Below, one piece after another: positions 25,653 through 36,234 of a stretch of DNA of 64,000 nucleotides (positions are counted from its first letter, which is position 1; every line of letters begins with the position of its first letter). This DNA comes from a virus. A model generated the notes under the pieces. The model saw nothing but the letters and a program-made list of their open reading frames with translations. It ran no database searches and was not told the origin of the DNA. Location: the IMG/VR virus record IMGVR_UViG_3300049595_001870, positions 1 through 64,000 of that record. One strand, written 5' to 3'. Made by a program: the position numbers and the translations under genes.

Positions 25653-27016
25653 CCGGCTCTCCTAGCGTTGTCGTATTGGTCGGCCATCCGATACAGACGC
25701 TGCATTTCCGCCTGGGCGGCAGCACGCTGGGCTGGGGGAAGTCGGCCAGCGTTGAGGTCGGCCATAATGCGGCGAGCGGCAGATCGGGGATCAGCGCCCT
25801 CTGGCCCACGCCGGGCGCGGATGGCACTCGTCTGGGCGTTCTGTTGTTCGACTGGCATGATGGGCGGCTGGTTCCCCGCCCGCCTTCCCTCGGCAGCACG
25901 CAGATACAGAGCATCGGCTTCGCGGCTCAAGGCTGCCGACTCAGGCGTGATGCGGCCCTCACGCAACTGAATCTCATTGGCCTGCCGAATCTTGTCCCGG
26001 GCCATCTGCGCGTAATCGATTGGTGCAGGCTCTTGCGTAGTGACCGAGGGTGGCGGCGAAGTCTCGGCTGCGAGGTCGGCCGTGCTGGAGCCGCGCGTTG
26101 TTCCGCCTGGGATTTGATCGACCACCTGTCGCATTCCCAGGTTTGCGGCGACACCGAGAGCCCCAATGCCAGCGGCCGCCGCGGCGCGGCGAGCGTTGTC
26201 GCTGACTCGCGGCCTGCTTGGATCGGCACCGCGCGGCGAGCGGGTGGGCACTTCGATGTCGTCCAGGGCGCGCGGGCCACGCAGGTCCGGTAGGCCGATG
26301 TCGCCACGCAGATAGTCAGCGCCCCTTGGGTGTGCGCGGTCCATGGCGGCGCGCAGATATGCACGGCCCTCGGCGTCAAGTGTCGGCGCGGGTGGTGCCG
26401 CCTTGGGTGGCGGCGGAGCAGCTTGGGCGGCAACATCATCACCCAGCGCACTCATCTCTGCCGCCAGCCGGTCGCCCTGTCGCTCAAAGTCGCCGCGGAA
26501 GGCGGCCATGAGATCGGGCTCCGGTGCGCGCGGCGGATTCATAGCTGCCATCTGGCCGGGGGTCAGATCGCTCAACTCAAACTGCATCGATGTGTCGGGC
26601 AGCAAGTCGTACATGTACTGCGGCTTTGGGGTCATGCCCTCTAGCCGTGCGATCAAATCCTCGCCGCCCATGGTGGGGTTCAGAAGCGACTGAGCGTCGT
26701 TGACCTGGGCCATCGGGGCTTCGCGGAAGTAGGGCCCCAACTCTTCGGCCACCCCCTCGCGAGCAAGTTCCTCTACCGAACGCCGCCCTGGCTGGCCTCG
26801 GCCACCGTACGCCCCGGCGGCGCGATCCACGGTCGGCATTTCGTATGTGCCCGCCACTTGCGCAAAGACCTTGTTCTGCCGCCCCATCTCCGCGGCCTCC
26901 TCCAGCTCGCGCTGAAGAGCCGGGTTGCTGGCCACCTGCGAAGCAACATGCGCCGACCGCGGGTTGCGGCCCGCATGGCTCAAGTAACCTTCGACCAGAT
27001 CGGTCCACTTGGACAT
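25649..27016 (-). CDS. putative internal virion protein
   Basis: 455 aa Ala/Pro-rich, coupled. Confidence 0.6.
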   Translation of the reverse strand: MSKWTDLVEGYLSHAGRNPRSAHVASQVASNPALQRELEEAAEMGRQNKVFAQVAGTYEMPTVDRAAGAYGGRGQPGRRSVEELAREGVAEELGPYFREAPMAQVNDAQSLLNPTMGGEDLIARLEGMTPKPQYMYDLLPDTSMQFELSDLTPGQMAAMNPPRAPEPDLMAAFRGDFERQGDRLAAEMSALGDDVAAQAAPPPPKAAPPAPTLDAEGRAYLRAAMDRAHPRGADYLRGDIGLPDLRGPRALDDIEVPTRSPRGADPSRPRVSDNARRAAAAAGIGALGVAANLGMRQVVDQIPGGTTRGSSTADLAAETSPPPSVTTQEPAPIDYAQMARDKIRQANEIQLREGRITPESAALSREADALYLRAAEGRRAGNQPPIMPVEQQNAQTSAIRARRGPEGADPRSAARRIMADLNAGRLPPAQRAAAQAEMQRLYRMADQYDNARRAG

Positions 27017-27285
27017 TACTTCTTCCCCTTCTTCTTCGGCACATCCGGCAGTTCGTCATCGCCGTCGTACTCCAAGTCATCGGCCGTGACTTCGGGAGCG
27101 GGATGCTTGCCATGCATCTCCTCATCCAAGTCGGCCAAGTCGTTCTTGGCGGGCTTGCCGTTGAGTTTGGACATCAGCTTCTTCTCCTCGGCCTCGCTGG
27201 CCGTGAGCAGCTTCTTCACAAACTTCTTCATGCCGTCGCGGGTAAACCCCTCCAGCATGTCATCCAAATCAAGGTCAAGTTTCAT
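27016..27285 (-). CDS. acidic/basic small protein
   Basis: Coupled ORF. Confidence 0.7.
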   Translation of the reverse strand: MKLDLDLDDMLEGFTRDGMKKFVKKLLTASEAEEKKLMSKLNGKPAKNDLADLDEEMHGKHPAPEVTADDLEYDGDDELPDVPKKKGKK

Positions 27286-27287
27286 GG

Positions 27288-27683
27288 CTACCCCATCACA
27301 TCCCCGAGAAGTCCGTACAAAATGCCCTGCCGCTGAAGGGCCGCCATTTGATCGGCGTAGTTGGCCTGCGCTTGCAGCCCGCCAAGCGCTTGTGCGTAAC
27401 CCTCCCGGCCTTGCTGCAACTGAAGCATGGCGTCGGCATTGGCCGTCTGCTGCTTGAGCTGATTGTCGTAAACGTCTGCGATGCCCTGAGAGAAGTTCTG
27501 GGCGGCGCTGATCCCAGCCATGGCCGCCTGCCCCCGGCCGCGGCTCATGCCGGCGCGGTCATATCGCTTCAGATTGAAGCGAGGGTCAGCGGAAGCGTAG
27601 GCCCTGGCCGTGCCAGACGCGCTCGGAGCCGTCGATGGGGGTGTCGGGAGCCCCTGCCAGAGATTGACTTGGTTGTTTGTCAT
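27288..27683 (-). CDS. Gln/Ala-rich putative ejection protein
   Basis: Coupled ORF. Confidence 0.65.
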   Translation of the reverse strand: MTNNQVNLWQGLPTPPSTAPSASGTARAYASADPRFNLKRYDRAGMSRGRGQAAMAGISAAQNFSQGIADVYDNQLKQQTANADAMLQLQQGREGYAQALGGLQAQANYADQMAALQRQGILYGLLGDVMG

Positions 27684-28012
27684 AGGAGTGCGCTGAGCGC
27701 TCCCTGAAGTGTCTGAAGCCTAGACATGCCAAGGCCTCGCTGGAGCTGTTGTTCGCCGGCCATGGCTCGCAGGCCACTGAGCGCAAGCTGCTGTTGCGCG
27801 CCTTGCTGCCCAGCGGCGTAGGCGAAGTTCGCCTGGTCTGCTGCGCGGTTGTAGTTCCCGGCATTTTCCATGGCGTACGCCCGGCTGAGGTCCGCGTAGT
27901 TGGACCCGTATTGCGGGTGCCTGGGGGCGGCAGCCAGGCTCTCAAGCGCCTGCTGCCTGTCTGGGACAGGAGGCTGAAACGGCAGGTTGGTGTTGTATGT
28001 GAGTTGCATCAC
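27680..28012 (-). CDS. Gln/Ala-rich putative ejection protein
   Basis: Coupled ORF. Confidence 0.65.
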   Translation of the reverse strand: MMQLTYNTNLPFQPPVPDRQQALESLAAAPRHPQYGSNYADLSRAYAMENAGNYNRAADQANFAYAAGQQGAQQQLALSGLRAMAGEQQLQRGLGMSRLQTLQGALSALL

Positions 28013-29331
28013 ATGTAGCGGACTGTTGGGAAACGGGCGCCCATAGGGCGGCCGGCGGCGTTGTCTTCGTTTCTGTACCGCTCCTGGAGCATCTGGGCGT
28101 CACGGGCTCTCCGGAGCTGACTGCTGGGAGTCGTAAACTGCGGAAGGTTGGCGAGAGAGGTGTCCCACATGCCCTGGATCTGGTTGCCAACCGTGTTAAA
28201 TCCTGATTGCAGCCCCGTCATCGCACCGCCAAGGCCGCCCTGGACTCCGCTCGCAAGCGTATCGAAACGGCTCATGGCCTGATCGCCTGCGTACCTCTGG
28301 TTGTCGTAGAACTGATTAGCGCCGGAACGAAGGGCGCCCTGCGACTGATTGGTCAGGGCAAGCAGCCCGGCGAGCCCTTGGTTCATCATCTGGGACGGCA
28401 TGCCACGGGATGAGTAGTGCTGGTCATCCAGCTGCCTCATCCCGGCCCTGGCGTTGAACTGAAGTCCGCTGACGATGCCAGGATCGCTCACGCTGCCGCT
28501 GAGACCTGAAAGTGGGCCGCCCCCGAACACATCGGCTTCGGTCATAAATCGGCCCATGCCGCCGCCGGGAGAAGGAGTAGGGACGATGCCTTGGCCAGAG
28601 AATGATCCGCTGCCAATGGGGCCGCCGACGCCATTTGCGCTGAATGATCCTCCGAACCCAGGGCCTCCAAGGCCAAGCCCGGCAATCGCATTAGCGCCAA
28701 TCTGGGCGCGTCCGATCTGGCCCATGGCCCCCGCCCTGGCCGCGCCGATGTTTCCTGCCGCAGACGCCTGGGAGGCCAAGGCGTTGCCCTGCGCTGCGGC
28801 GTTAGCAGCTCCGTATCCAGCCAGGCCAGACTGATTGGCTGCGTGCATGGTGGCCGCAGCGGTGTTGTAGGCGTTTTGGTTCTGAGCCCATGCCCCCATG
28901 GCCGCGTTGCCCATGGATCCGTAGGCCCCAATGCCGGCCGAACCAAGGTTGCCAAGGGCCCCCATTCGGGCGGCTTCCATCATGGCGTTGGCGCCATACA
29001 GGTTGCCACGCTCATTGGCGAGAGCTGTGGCAATGCTGCCCAGCCCGCCAGCCTGGGCGGCGTATGCACCGCCCATCCCTTGGGCGTATGAGTTGTATGC
29101 GTTGCCAAATGCGTTGGCGAAGTTGGCTGGCTGCTGGTACAGGGCGGCGTTCTGGTTGGCTTGTGCCATGGCCGCCTGCCCGGCAGCCTGGGCCTGCGCA
29201 GCGCCGATCTGGGCATTGGCCTGCATCTCGGCCTGGTGGGCGTTGGATGCAGCCAGGATGGCCTCGGGGCTGCCGCTAAACCGGTACTGGCCAGAGCCGC
29301 CGCCAGACCGTGAGTTCAAGGGTCGAAACAT
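28009..29331 (-). CDS. Gly/Ala-rich low-complexity ejection (pilot-like) protein
   Basis: Composition; SD TAGGAG. Confidence 0.6.
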   Translation of the reverse strand: MFRPLNSRSGGGSGQYRFSGSPEAILAASNAHQAEMQANAQIGAAQAQAAGQAAMAQANQNAALYQQPANFANAFGNAYNSYAQGMGGAYAAQAGGLGSIATALANERGNLYGANAMMEAARMGALGNLGSAGIGAYGSMGNAAMGAWAQNQNAYNTAAATMHAANQSGLAGYGAANAAAQGNALASQASAAGNIGAARAGAMGQIGRAQIGANAIAGLGLGGPGFGGSFSANGVGGPIGSGSFSGQGIVPTPSPGGGMGRFMTEADVFGGGPLSGLSGSVSDPGIVSGLQFNARAGMRQLDDQHYSSRGMPSQMMNQGLAGLLALTNQSQGALRSGANQFYDNQRYAGDQAMSRFDTLASGVQGGLGGAMTGLQSGFNTVGNQIQGMWDTSLANLPQFTTPSSQLRRARDAQMLQERYRNEDNAAGRPMGARFPTVRYM

Positions 29332-29355
29332 GATGTCTCCTACTTACTAATGTCC

Positions 29356-30552
29356 CTATTTCCGGTAAACCGTTATGTCCACGGACTTAATGCCGGCCAG
29401 TTTCTTGTTTGTGATGTGGGAAACCTCCACGGTGTCCGGGTTCCGCTCCCAGAAATCCGCGTCTGCCCCCTTGACCACAAACCCGCCGGCTGCCTGCACT
29501 GACGCTTTCTGGCTGGCGGCCGTGGTGGCGGCGTAAATGGTCATGGCGTTAGCAGCCACCGAAGACAAGGACGCCGTAACGGCCGTGGTGGCGGCCACCG
29601 TAACCGTCTGCGTGCTTGCCGCCTGCCCATTGACGGTCTGGTAGGAGGGCAAATAGGGAAACGCCCAAAAGGTGGTGGTTGCGCTGACCGTCACGGCGCA
29701 GGCTTCGGGGTCAAATGTCAGCGCGGTTGGGACGACAACCTGGACGGGCTCCGGGGAGAATGTCAGCGTGCCGCCAGATATGGCGTTAGTCGGAATGGTG
29801 AAGTTTGTTGAACTCGCCGTCATGGTGACAGTGCCGCCAGAGATGGCGTTAGTGGGCACGCCAACCGTGATCTCCTTTCGCACCCAGGCATCCTTGATGT
29901 ACCTGTGCTTCTTCATGGGCAGGCGAGTCTGAAACTGGACATCGGGGTCGCCAGACAGGTAGCGGATCGGCCCAAAGAATCCAGGAGGCAGCGCACCAAA
30001 GCCAACACCGGGCGCTCCTGGCGCGCCGCGCTGACCGTCTTTTCCGGGAGCCCCGGGCGGTCCAGCCGGCCCCGCAACTGGGTCGCCATTAATGACTGTC
30101 GTCGTCAGGTTGGTGACGTTGATGGTGTCGCCGTCGAAGTACTCATTGGTGATGTAGTCAATGTTGGCGCCGCCCGTGTTGTTAATGGTCGGGCCGCCGA
30201 AATACTGATTCTGCTGAAAGACCTGATTGGTCGGAAAATAGAACTGCGAGTCGTAGCGGTTGCCTTCGTTCCAGTTCACGTTCATCCCGCCGATGTCCAC
30301 CTGTGTGTGGTAGTTGGCTGAGTTGTACGTGTCGCCCCCAGGAAAGAGGTTTTGGTACTGCGACGGGTTCCAGGCGCCGCTGCCCACAGTGCCGTTTTGA
30401 TTGGCCCGGCGGGCCCCCGGGAGATTGATGCCAGCCCGGTGCGTCAGCGGCTGCGCACAGTTGCCTAGAGACTGAGCCAGGGGGCCAATCGCAGCAGGCG
30501 GCAACGCTTGCCTGAGGGCGTCGATGAGAGCCGGCATCATCTGTGTAAGCAT
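29356..30552 (-). CDS. tail-associated protein with short collagen-like segment
   Basis: Seven Gly-X-Y triplets GPAGPPGAPGKDGQRGAPGAPG. Confidence 0.65.
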   Translation of the reverse strand: MLTQMMPALIDALRQALPPAAIGPLAQSLGNCAQPLTHRAGINLPGARRANQNGTVGSGAWNPSQYQNLFPGGDTYNSANYHTQVDIGGMNVNWNEGNRYDSQFYFPTNQVFQQNQYFGGPTINNTGGANIDYITNEYFDGDTINVTNLTTTVINGDPVAGPAGPPGAPGKDGQRGAPGAPGVGFGALPPGFFGPIRYLSGDPDVQFQTRLPMKKHRYIKDAWVRKEITVGVPTNAISGGTVTMTASSTNFTIPTNAISGGTLTFSPEPVQVVVPTALTFDPEACAVTVSATTTFWAFPYLPSYQTVNGQAASTQTVTVAATTAVTASLSSVAANAMTIYAATTAASQKASVQAAGGFVVKGADADFWERNPDTVEVSHITNKKLAGIKSVDITVYRK

Positions 30553-33143
30553 CAGCCGACTCCCTCTACGGTTACGCCGTGGATCTTGACGGGCGATGCC
30601 GACTGTGTTCCGGCCATGCCAATGGCGACGTGGCGATCAGCCCCGGCCGAACGCGGATCTAAGCGGCCCGCAAACATGGCCTGGGCGTAACCTGTGGCCG
30701 GGCCAAGCGAGGAACGTGTAGAGGCCATATCTAGCACGGCCTGCGTTGCGCCGGCCGCACTGACAAAGCCATTCCCGCGGTCGGATGCAACCGCGTTCGT
30801 CCTAGCTGCCGTGCTGCCGTTGTAGTGAAGCGAGAGCCGCAAGGGAGTCGATGTCGCAGTGGGGCTGTAGACAAATCCGATGCTGCGGGCCGGATCATTG
30901 TTCAGGACCATGTTGCCGGAACGGTAGAGCCAGGCAACCGATCCTGCCGTGTCGCTGGTTCCGCTGGCCTTAAAGAACCCCCCCGCCCCGGTGCCGAAAA
31001 CCTTGGACCGCCTGCCCGCCATCACGGCCGGAGCTGACGCCGTCACGGCCGCTGGATACTCCTCCTCCCACCACGCCTCCGTGGCAAGGCAGTGGCAAAG
31101 GGCGCGTGTCGGCTCGGAGTCGCCGGACTTGCAATAGTGGAAGCGGACAACCTTGGTGTCGTAGTCCGTGGAGACGTGGAACAAGTGAGAATTGCTGAAA
31201 TCGATAATGCCGTCACGCCAGTAGTTGTCCACGGCCGCCGAGAGCGGCTTTTCCTGCGAACCGTCAAACGCATACACCCCATAGCTGTCGGCAAAGAACG
31301 CCACTCCACCCATTACCGCAGCGCATCGGGAGTTCAGTACGCCGCGGTAGGCGACCAGGGTGAAGGAGGCGTCAATGACCGGCTGCGCCACGTACCTCAG
31401 CGAGTACAGGTGGCCTGTCTGGGCTATCAGCATCTCGCCACCCAGGGGCACTAGCGTGACGATAGAGTCCCTCTCGCCTGCGTTCTCCTGCAAGACGATT
31501 TCGTTTTCAAGCGGCACACTCTCAGGCTCGTCAACCTCCGAAAACATCAGGCTGTTTGGAGCATTGCCTGACGTGTCGGCTGCAAACCAGGCCCTGTCCT
31601 GAAACATGACGCCGACCGCATAGTTGCCTGGCAGGACGCCGAAGCGACGGGCGTTGATCTGGCCGCTTGGGAGCGTGACGGGCATCATGGCGTAGCCGGC
31701 TCGGTCGGCGTCAGTCAGGCTGCGGTCGGTCAGTGTGTCGGTGTACCCCGCACTCCACTCAGGGTCCGTTCGTTTGATGGTTGCAACGCGGTACAGCAGG
31801 ACAGCCTGGTTGGCCGTTGTTCGCCACAGCTCCATGGCGCTGACCCGCGGGTCAACGGCCGTGTGGGTGAATGACCATGAGAAGCCATCCGATCCGTTCA
31901 GCGTCTCCACCTCATTCAGGTCAGAGATTGACGACACTGAGTTCCTGGCTTCGTCCACGTAGCGAACGGCGCAGAAGTATTTACCGAGGACGCCAGGCTC
32001 CAAAACGGCTACCGCGTCGGCCCGCGTGTCTTCGACAACCAGGGATGGCGGCGCAGCGTAATCGCCTCCGGCAATGATCGTTACACCGGTCACGGCGCCA
32101 GACGAAATCGTTGCCGAGGCCAGCCCGCCAAAGCCACTTGCGTCCGGCAAGGCTGGCCGAAAGGTCAACACTGGCGGCGTTGCATGCGACGTACCGCCGG
32201 AGATCACCGTTGCGCCAGTGACGGTATAGCGCAGCGAGACGGCCAGAGATGCCCCGGAGCCATCGCCGCCGACAATGGAAGCCGTAACGCCTGTCGTAGT
32301 GGCGCCAGTGCCGGCCGCCAGAACCTGGATGGCAGAGATCCTCCCCTGCTCATCTACTAGCGGAACGGCGTAAGCATTCGTCAGGCCTTGTGCCGTGCTG
32401 AAGACGACGGTTGGGGATTTGGTTTCGTCGGAAACGTATCCCGCTCCGCCGCTGACAATCGAAACCGAATCCACTTTGCCGGAAACAGACAGGCCGAAGG
32501 ATGGCTCGCTGGCAAAACCTCCATTAATAGTGACGCTCGGCTGCGACTTATACCCGGCGCCGGCCTCCTGAACGATCACCGCCTCCAGCCGCCCGTTACG
32601 CATAACGGCTCGCCCGGTTGCGGCCTTGGTCGGCGTTCCGCCGCTGATGGTCACGCTCGGCGTGGAGTGATAGCCGATGCCGCTCCGGACGAGCTGGATG
32701 GCGGCCACATGCCTGCCGGTCACCGTCGCCGCCGCCGTCACAGCCGGGGCCAAGGCGGGCTTCTGAACGCCAATGCTGATGGCCTGCGTGGCTCCGCAGT
32801 CGATGCGAACCCCTCTCCCGGCACCATCGACGCCATAGACCTCGCCTGACCGCCCCTGAAAAAATGACATCGGCAGCAGGGTGCCGGAGAACACCGCCGC
32901 GGTCGCCGCAGCCCCCGTTCCGCCGCCACCCGTGAAAGACACAGTCGGGGCGCTGCTGTATCCCGTCCCCTGATTGGTGATGACAATCGATTCAATCTGC
33001 GTGCCGGCCATGTGGGCGACGGCCGCTGCACCAGCGCCGCCGCCGCCGGAGAAACCGACGCTCGGCGGAGCCGTGTAGCCGGTGCCAGCGGCCGAAATGC
33101 CGGCTGCCACCACGCCACCGCTGGTCCTGGCTGCAAGCGTCAT
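30552..33143 (-). CDS. tail tubular B / stabilisation-type protein with N-terminal GxGY..P.V repeats
   Basis: About six G(A/T)GY.S.P.V.(I/F).GG repeats then beta-propeller-like C-terminal region. Confidence 0.7.
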   Translation of the reverse strand: MTLAARTSGGVVAAGISAAGTGYTAPPSVGFSGGGGAGAAAVAHMAGTQIESIVITNQGTGYSSAPTVSFTGGGGTGAAATAAVFSGTLLPMSFFQGRSGEVYGVDGAGRGVRIDCGATQAISIGVQKPALAPAVTAAATVTGRHVAAIQLVRSGIGYHSTPSVTISGGTPTKAATGRAVMRNGRLEAVIVQEAGAGYKSQPSVTINGGFASEPSFGLSVSGKVDSVSIVSGGAGYVSDETKSPTVVFSTAQGLTNAYAVPLVDEQGRISAIQVLAAGTGATTTGVTASIVGGDGSGASLAVSLRYTVTGATVISGGTSHATPPVLTFRPALPDASGFGGLASATISSGAVTGVTIIAGGDYAAPPSLVVEDTRADAVAVLEPGVLGKYFCAVRYVDEARNSVSSISDLNEVETLNGSDGFSWSFTHTAVDPRVSAMELWRTTANQAVLLYRVATIKRTDPEWSAGYTDTLTDRSLTDADRAGYAMMPVTLPSGQINARRFGVLPGNYAVGVMFQDRAWFAADTSGNAPNSLMFSEVDEPESVPLENEIVLQENAGERDSIVTLVPLGGEMLIAQTGHLYSLRYVAQPVIDASFTLVAYRGVLNSRCAAVMGGVAFFADSYGVYAFDGSQEKPLSAAVDNYWRDGIIDFSNSHLFHVSTDYDTKVVRFHYCKSGDSEPTRALCHCLATEAWWEEEYPAAVTASAPAVMAGRRSKVFGTGAGGFFKASGTSDTAGSVAWLYRSGNMVLNNDPARSIGFVYSPTATSTPLRLSLHYNGSTAARTNAVASDRGNGFVSAAGATQAVLDMASTRSSLGPATGYAQAMFAGRLDPRSAGADRHVAIGMAGTQSASPVKIHGVTVEGVG

Positions 33144-33409
33144 GCTGGCCCTGTGCCTGCTCTCACAATGCCGGCCGCGTCCTGGTAAATCAGCCGCTCG
33201 CTTCCGCCGCAGGGTGCGCGGAACACACGCCTGACGGGCGATGTTCCAGCAGACAACGATGACCACGTAGCCGCCACCATGCCAGGCCGGACTGTCAGTT
33301 GGCCTGGGACGATGACCTGCACGTTGACTTGCGTCACCGCGGCACCGCTAGCAATGGCGTACGGAGAGGCGTTGGTGATCAGCCCTTGCCACTTGTCGAT
33401 GACGATCAT
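33140..33409 (-). CDS. virion protein, possibly split N-terminus of tail tubular B
   Basis: WQGLITNASPY...QVNV...GQLTVRPG resembles the start of such proteins. Confidence 0.55.
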   Translation of the reverse strand: MIVIDKWQGLITNASPYAIASGAAVTQVNVQVIVPGQLTVRPGMVAATWSSLSAGTSPVRRVFRAPCGGSERLIYQDAAGIVRAGTGPA

Positions 33410-34293
33410 CCTACGTCGGGCCTCAGCGGGCTGCGCCAGCCACCGTCATGCCATATCTCACGGGAACGTCCGGAAAGCGGGGCAAGCTGATCCTGTTCCA
33501 ATGCCAGCCGGAGATCACGCTGATAGAACTGGTATGCCTTGTCTTCGCCAGTCTTGCGGATTCGGGCCAGCCAATACTCAGCGGCGCTGTGCATGGCCGT
33601 GGACATGTGGGCCGGAATATCCAGGGCAGTGGCACTGTCTGGGGCCAGCGAGGAAATGTCCGTGGCGGAGCGGCGATACGTGAAGTCGATGGTTTCCTGC
33701 TTGGTCGGATAGCCGATCAGCTTAATGGCCCACCCGCCGGAGTCCGGGTCTTTGATGACCGTCCAGTGGTACGGCTCGCCAGAGGAGTTCGACACCCGTT
33801 CGATCTTCATGGCCTCGTCCGGAGTCACGTACAGGCCAGACCACCAGTTGTATTCGTCGCTCGGCTCGTCCATGTTTCGGAAGTCGGACGGCAGCGGGTA
33901 CACACTGCGGTACAGGGTGTAGGACTCGCCTGTGACATCAGCCTTCAGCTTCAGCGTTGAATCAAGGACGACCACACTCCCGGAGCTGCGGGTGGCCACG
34001 CGGCAGATTTCCTCGCCTACCTTCAGGTACGCCCCAGTAGCCGCCCATGTGGGCCACGTTCCGCCGGTCAGCGTGACGGTCACACCGCTAGAGGTGACCG
34101 TCCCGGTCGAATACGGGGCCTCCAAAATGACCCGCCCGTGGACATGGTAGTAGGACCAGTCCCGCATGGTGGTCAGCTCGTCGTAGGCCCGGATGATGGC
34201 CTGTTTAATGTCCTTCTGCTCTGCGTCCTGCGGGCCCCCGTAGGACGAGACAATGAGGTACTGGACGAGATTGGCGTAGGTGGTTGCAGGCAT
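33406..34293 (-). CDS. head-tail adaptor / tail tubular A-like protein
   Basis: YPLPSDF...TIDFTYRR pattern; position. Confidence 0.65.
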   Translation of the reverse strand: MPATTYANLVQYLIVSSYGGPQDAEQKDIKQAIIRAYDELTTMRDWSYYHVHGRVILEAPYSTGTVTSSGVTVTLTGGTWPTWAATGAYLKVGEEICRVATRSSGSVVVLDSTLKLKADVTGESYTLYRSVYPLPSDFRNMDEPSDEYNWWSGLYVTPDEAMKIERVSNSSGEPYHWTVIKDPDSGGWAIKLIGYPTKQETIDFTYRRSATDISSLAPDSATALDIPAHMSTAMHSAAEYWLARIRKTGEDKAYQFYQRDLRLALEQDQLAPLSGRSREIWHDGGWRSPLRPDVG

Positions 34294-34318
34294 GGCTCTA
34301 GGGACTATTGCCCCAGAA

Positions 34319-34411
34319 CTAGGCCCGCAGAAACACCAGAAAACCGGCCATCATGGCGGCCAGGAAGGCGGCGGAGAGGACCATGAACAGGAGGAAATGG
34401 CGGAGGCTCAT
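34319..34411 (-). CDS. 30-aa single-TM peptide MSLRHFLLFMVLSAAFLAAMMAGFLVFLRA
   Basis: Hand-translated; ATGA overlap; fills the gap exactly. Confidence 0.55.
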   Translation of the reverse strand: MSLRHFLLFMVLSAAFLAAMMAGFLVFLRA

Positions 34412-34719
34412 GGCGACGGCGCCACCGGCAGCAACGCCACCGCCTCTGCCAGCGGCACCACTTCGATCTCGTCAAACCGGGCCGCGTCCAAATGGCGGAA
34501 CCCACCGCAGACCAGCCCGCCCGGCAGGCACTCAGTCAGGATGTCGGCAGTGAGCATGAATCGCCCGTCTGTCAGGCTGCGTGGGCTTGGCACATGGCGC
34601 GGGTCGCCATGCTCGGCCTGTACGTCCGCAAGCCGCTGGGCCAGGGCAGCGTCGAACAGGAGAGCGTGAGCCACGCCCCATTCATAGGACACCGGAAGAG
34701 TCAGGTCGGAGAGCGTCAT
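34408..34719 (-). CDS. hypothetical virion-region protein
   Basis: Coupled ORF. Confidence 0.7.
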   Translation of the reverse strand: MTLSDLTLPVSYEWGVAHALLFDAALAQRLADVQAEHGDPRHVPSPRSLTDGRFMLTADILTECLPGGLVCGGFRHLDAARFDEIEVVPLAEAVALLPVAPSP

Positions 34720-36200
34720 ATGGCTGCCTGTATTGCGGCGATGAGCGCATCGACCCGCGTCCGCAGCAACGCAAGGTCTAGCGACTCGCCTATCGAATAG
34801 AACGCTAGGCGTGCGTTGGTGCGCCCGGCCGTCTCAAAGACGCGGAAGTTTGCGTTGGCTGGCGTCTGACTAGCAACCGTCGCCGTGTAGTTGTTGGCAC
34901 CGATGCGATAGCCGTAAGAAGAGGACGACGAGCGAGACGCGCCCAGAAAAACTGCGCCGGTGTTGATGCTCAACGCCTGGGTGTCGGCGGTTGCCGTGTT
35001 GTGACGGAAATAGAACGCCCCGAAGCCAGAGTAGATGTGCGAGTGACCCGTGCCTGTGTCGTTGCTTCCGATCAGGCCGGAGTCATTCGTTGCTGCCACC
35101 GACCTGTAAACCGAAAAATGCTTGTTGTCTTGCGGATCAGCATTGTTGTTTCGCCCGGTGTCCAGCCACTTGGTTGATCCGTTGCCCACTAGCCCCGTTC
35201 TCCGGTCGTAGTCGCCCGCAACAAACGGCCCGTTGTTGGTCGGAGCCGCACCCTTTAGTGGCACCAATGCACCGGCAAGCGTGTCGGCTCCGGCCAAGAG
35301 AACCACCGACTTCATCGCGTCCCAGATGCCGTCAGCTTGGCAGCCAGCCACAAACGCGTTAACAGCGTTGGCGACCGGCTGAGACACCGTAGAGCCAGCG
35401 GCATAGACGCGGTTCACCCAGTCTTGGGCGTCGGCGTTGCTGACAGACGGCACCTGCGTGACGGCGATGCCCCACTTGCGGCCTAGGTAAAGTTCCACGG
35501 CGTTGCGCTCTGCCGACGTTAGGGCGCGGCTGTAGCACAAGATTTCACCGATCCAGCCTTGAAACTGAAACAGCGTGGATGAGTAGTAGCCGATACGCTT
35601 AATAGTCACTGACGCACTGGTTGTGAAGGACGCCTCGCTATTTACGCCGCTGATGCGTGCCGTGCCGTCAATGAAAACAAAACCACCGGAAGCCGCCGAT
35701 CTGACTACCGAACAGACAGCAGGCCCGAGAAGAGCCGAGGGTGAAACTGCATATACTGGCCTCAAACGGCCTACACCCTCCGTGAAACTGCCGAAGCAAG
35801 CTTCAAGAAACTTTGCTGCACCCTTAGTTGCGCTCATCCCCAGACCGTCGCCAGCATCGCTCAGAAACGAACGCTGCCCGGATTGATCTGCCGTCTGAGC
35901 AACAGCGCAGATCCACGTCTCATCCGTTCGCGCCGTGCCCGTAAAGTCCAAGCCGTCGTTAGTGCCGTCGAACAACAAAGCCGTCTTGCCGTTCACTGTG
36001 GTGGTAACGGGCCGGTTGTTGGCCGTGGTCTGCGTGGCGGCGCTCTTGAGTCCAGCCTTGCTCGTCCACGTTTCGACGGCACCGGAGTTCAGCGTCACCG
36101 TGGCGGCGTCGTTGGCATCCCACCAGTTGGCGAGGCCGAAGATGCTGGCCGGGTTGAAGCCGGAAGCCGTGGGCCGCAACAGGCGAGGGTTCATTGCCAT
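34716..36200 (-). CDS. tail fibre / LamG-like adsorption protein (two domains)
   Basis: LANWWDAND...LLFDGTND...GWIGEILCYSRAL; second domain ADAQDWVNRV...RLAFYSIG. Confidence 0.65.
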   Translation of the reverse strand: MAMNPRLLRPTASGFNPASIFGLANWWDANDAATVTLNSGAVETWTSKAGLKSAATQTTANNRPVTTTVNGKTALLFDGTNDGLDFTGTARTDETWICAVAQTADQSGQRSFLSDAGDGLGMSATKGAAKFLEACFGSFTEGVGRLRPVYAVSPSALLGPAVCSVVRSAASGGFVFIDGTARISGVNSEASFTTSASVTIKRIGYYSSTLFQFQGWIGEILCYSRALTSAERNAVELYLGRKWGIAVTQVPSVSNADAQDWVNRVYAAGSTVSQPVANAVNAFVAGCQADGIWDAMKSVVLLAGADTLAGALVPLKGAAPTNNGPFVAGDYDRRTGLVGNGSTKWLDTGRNNNADPQDNKHFSVYRSVAATNDSGLIGSNDTGTGHSHIYSGFGAFYFRHNTATADTQALSINTGAVFLGASRSSSSSYGYRIGANNYTATVASQTPANANFRVFETAGRTNARLAFYSIGESLDLALLRTRVDALIAAIQAAI

Positions 36201-36234
36201 CGGGCTATGTCCGTAGAGTGGTGATGTGACGCCG

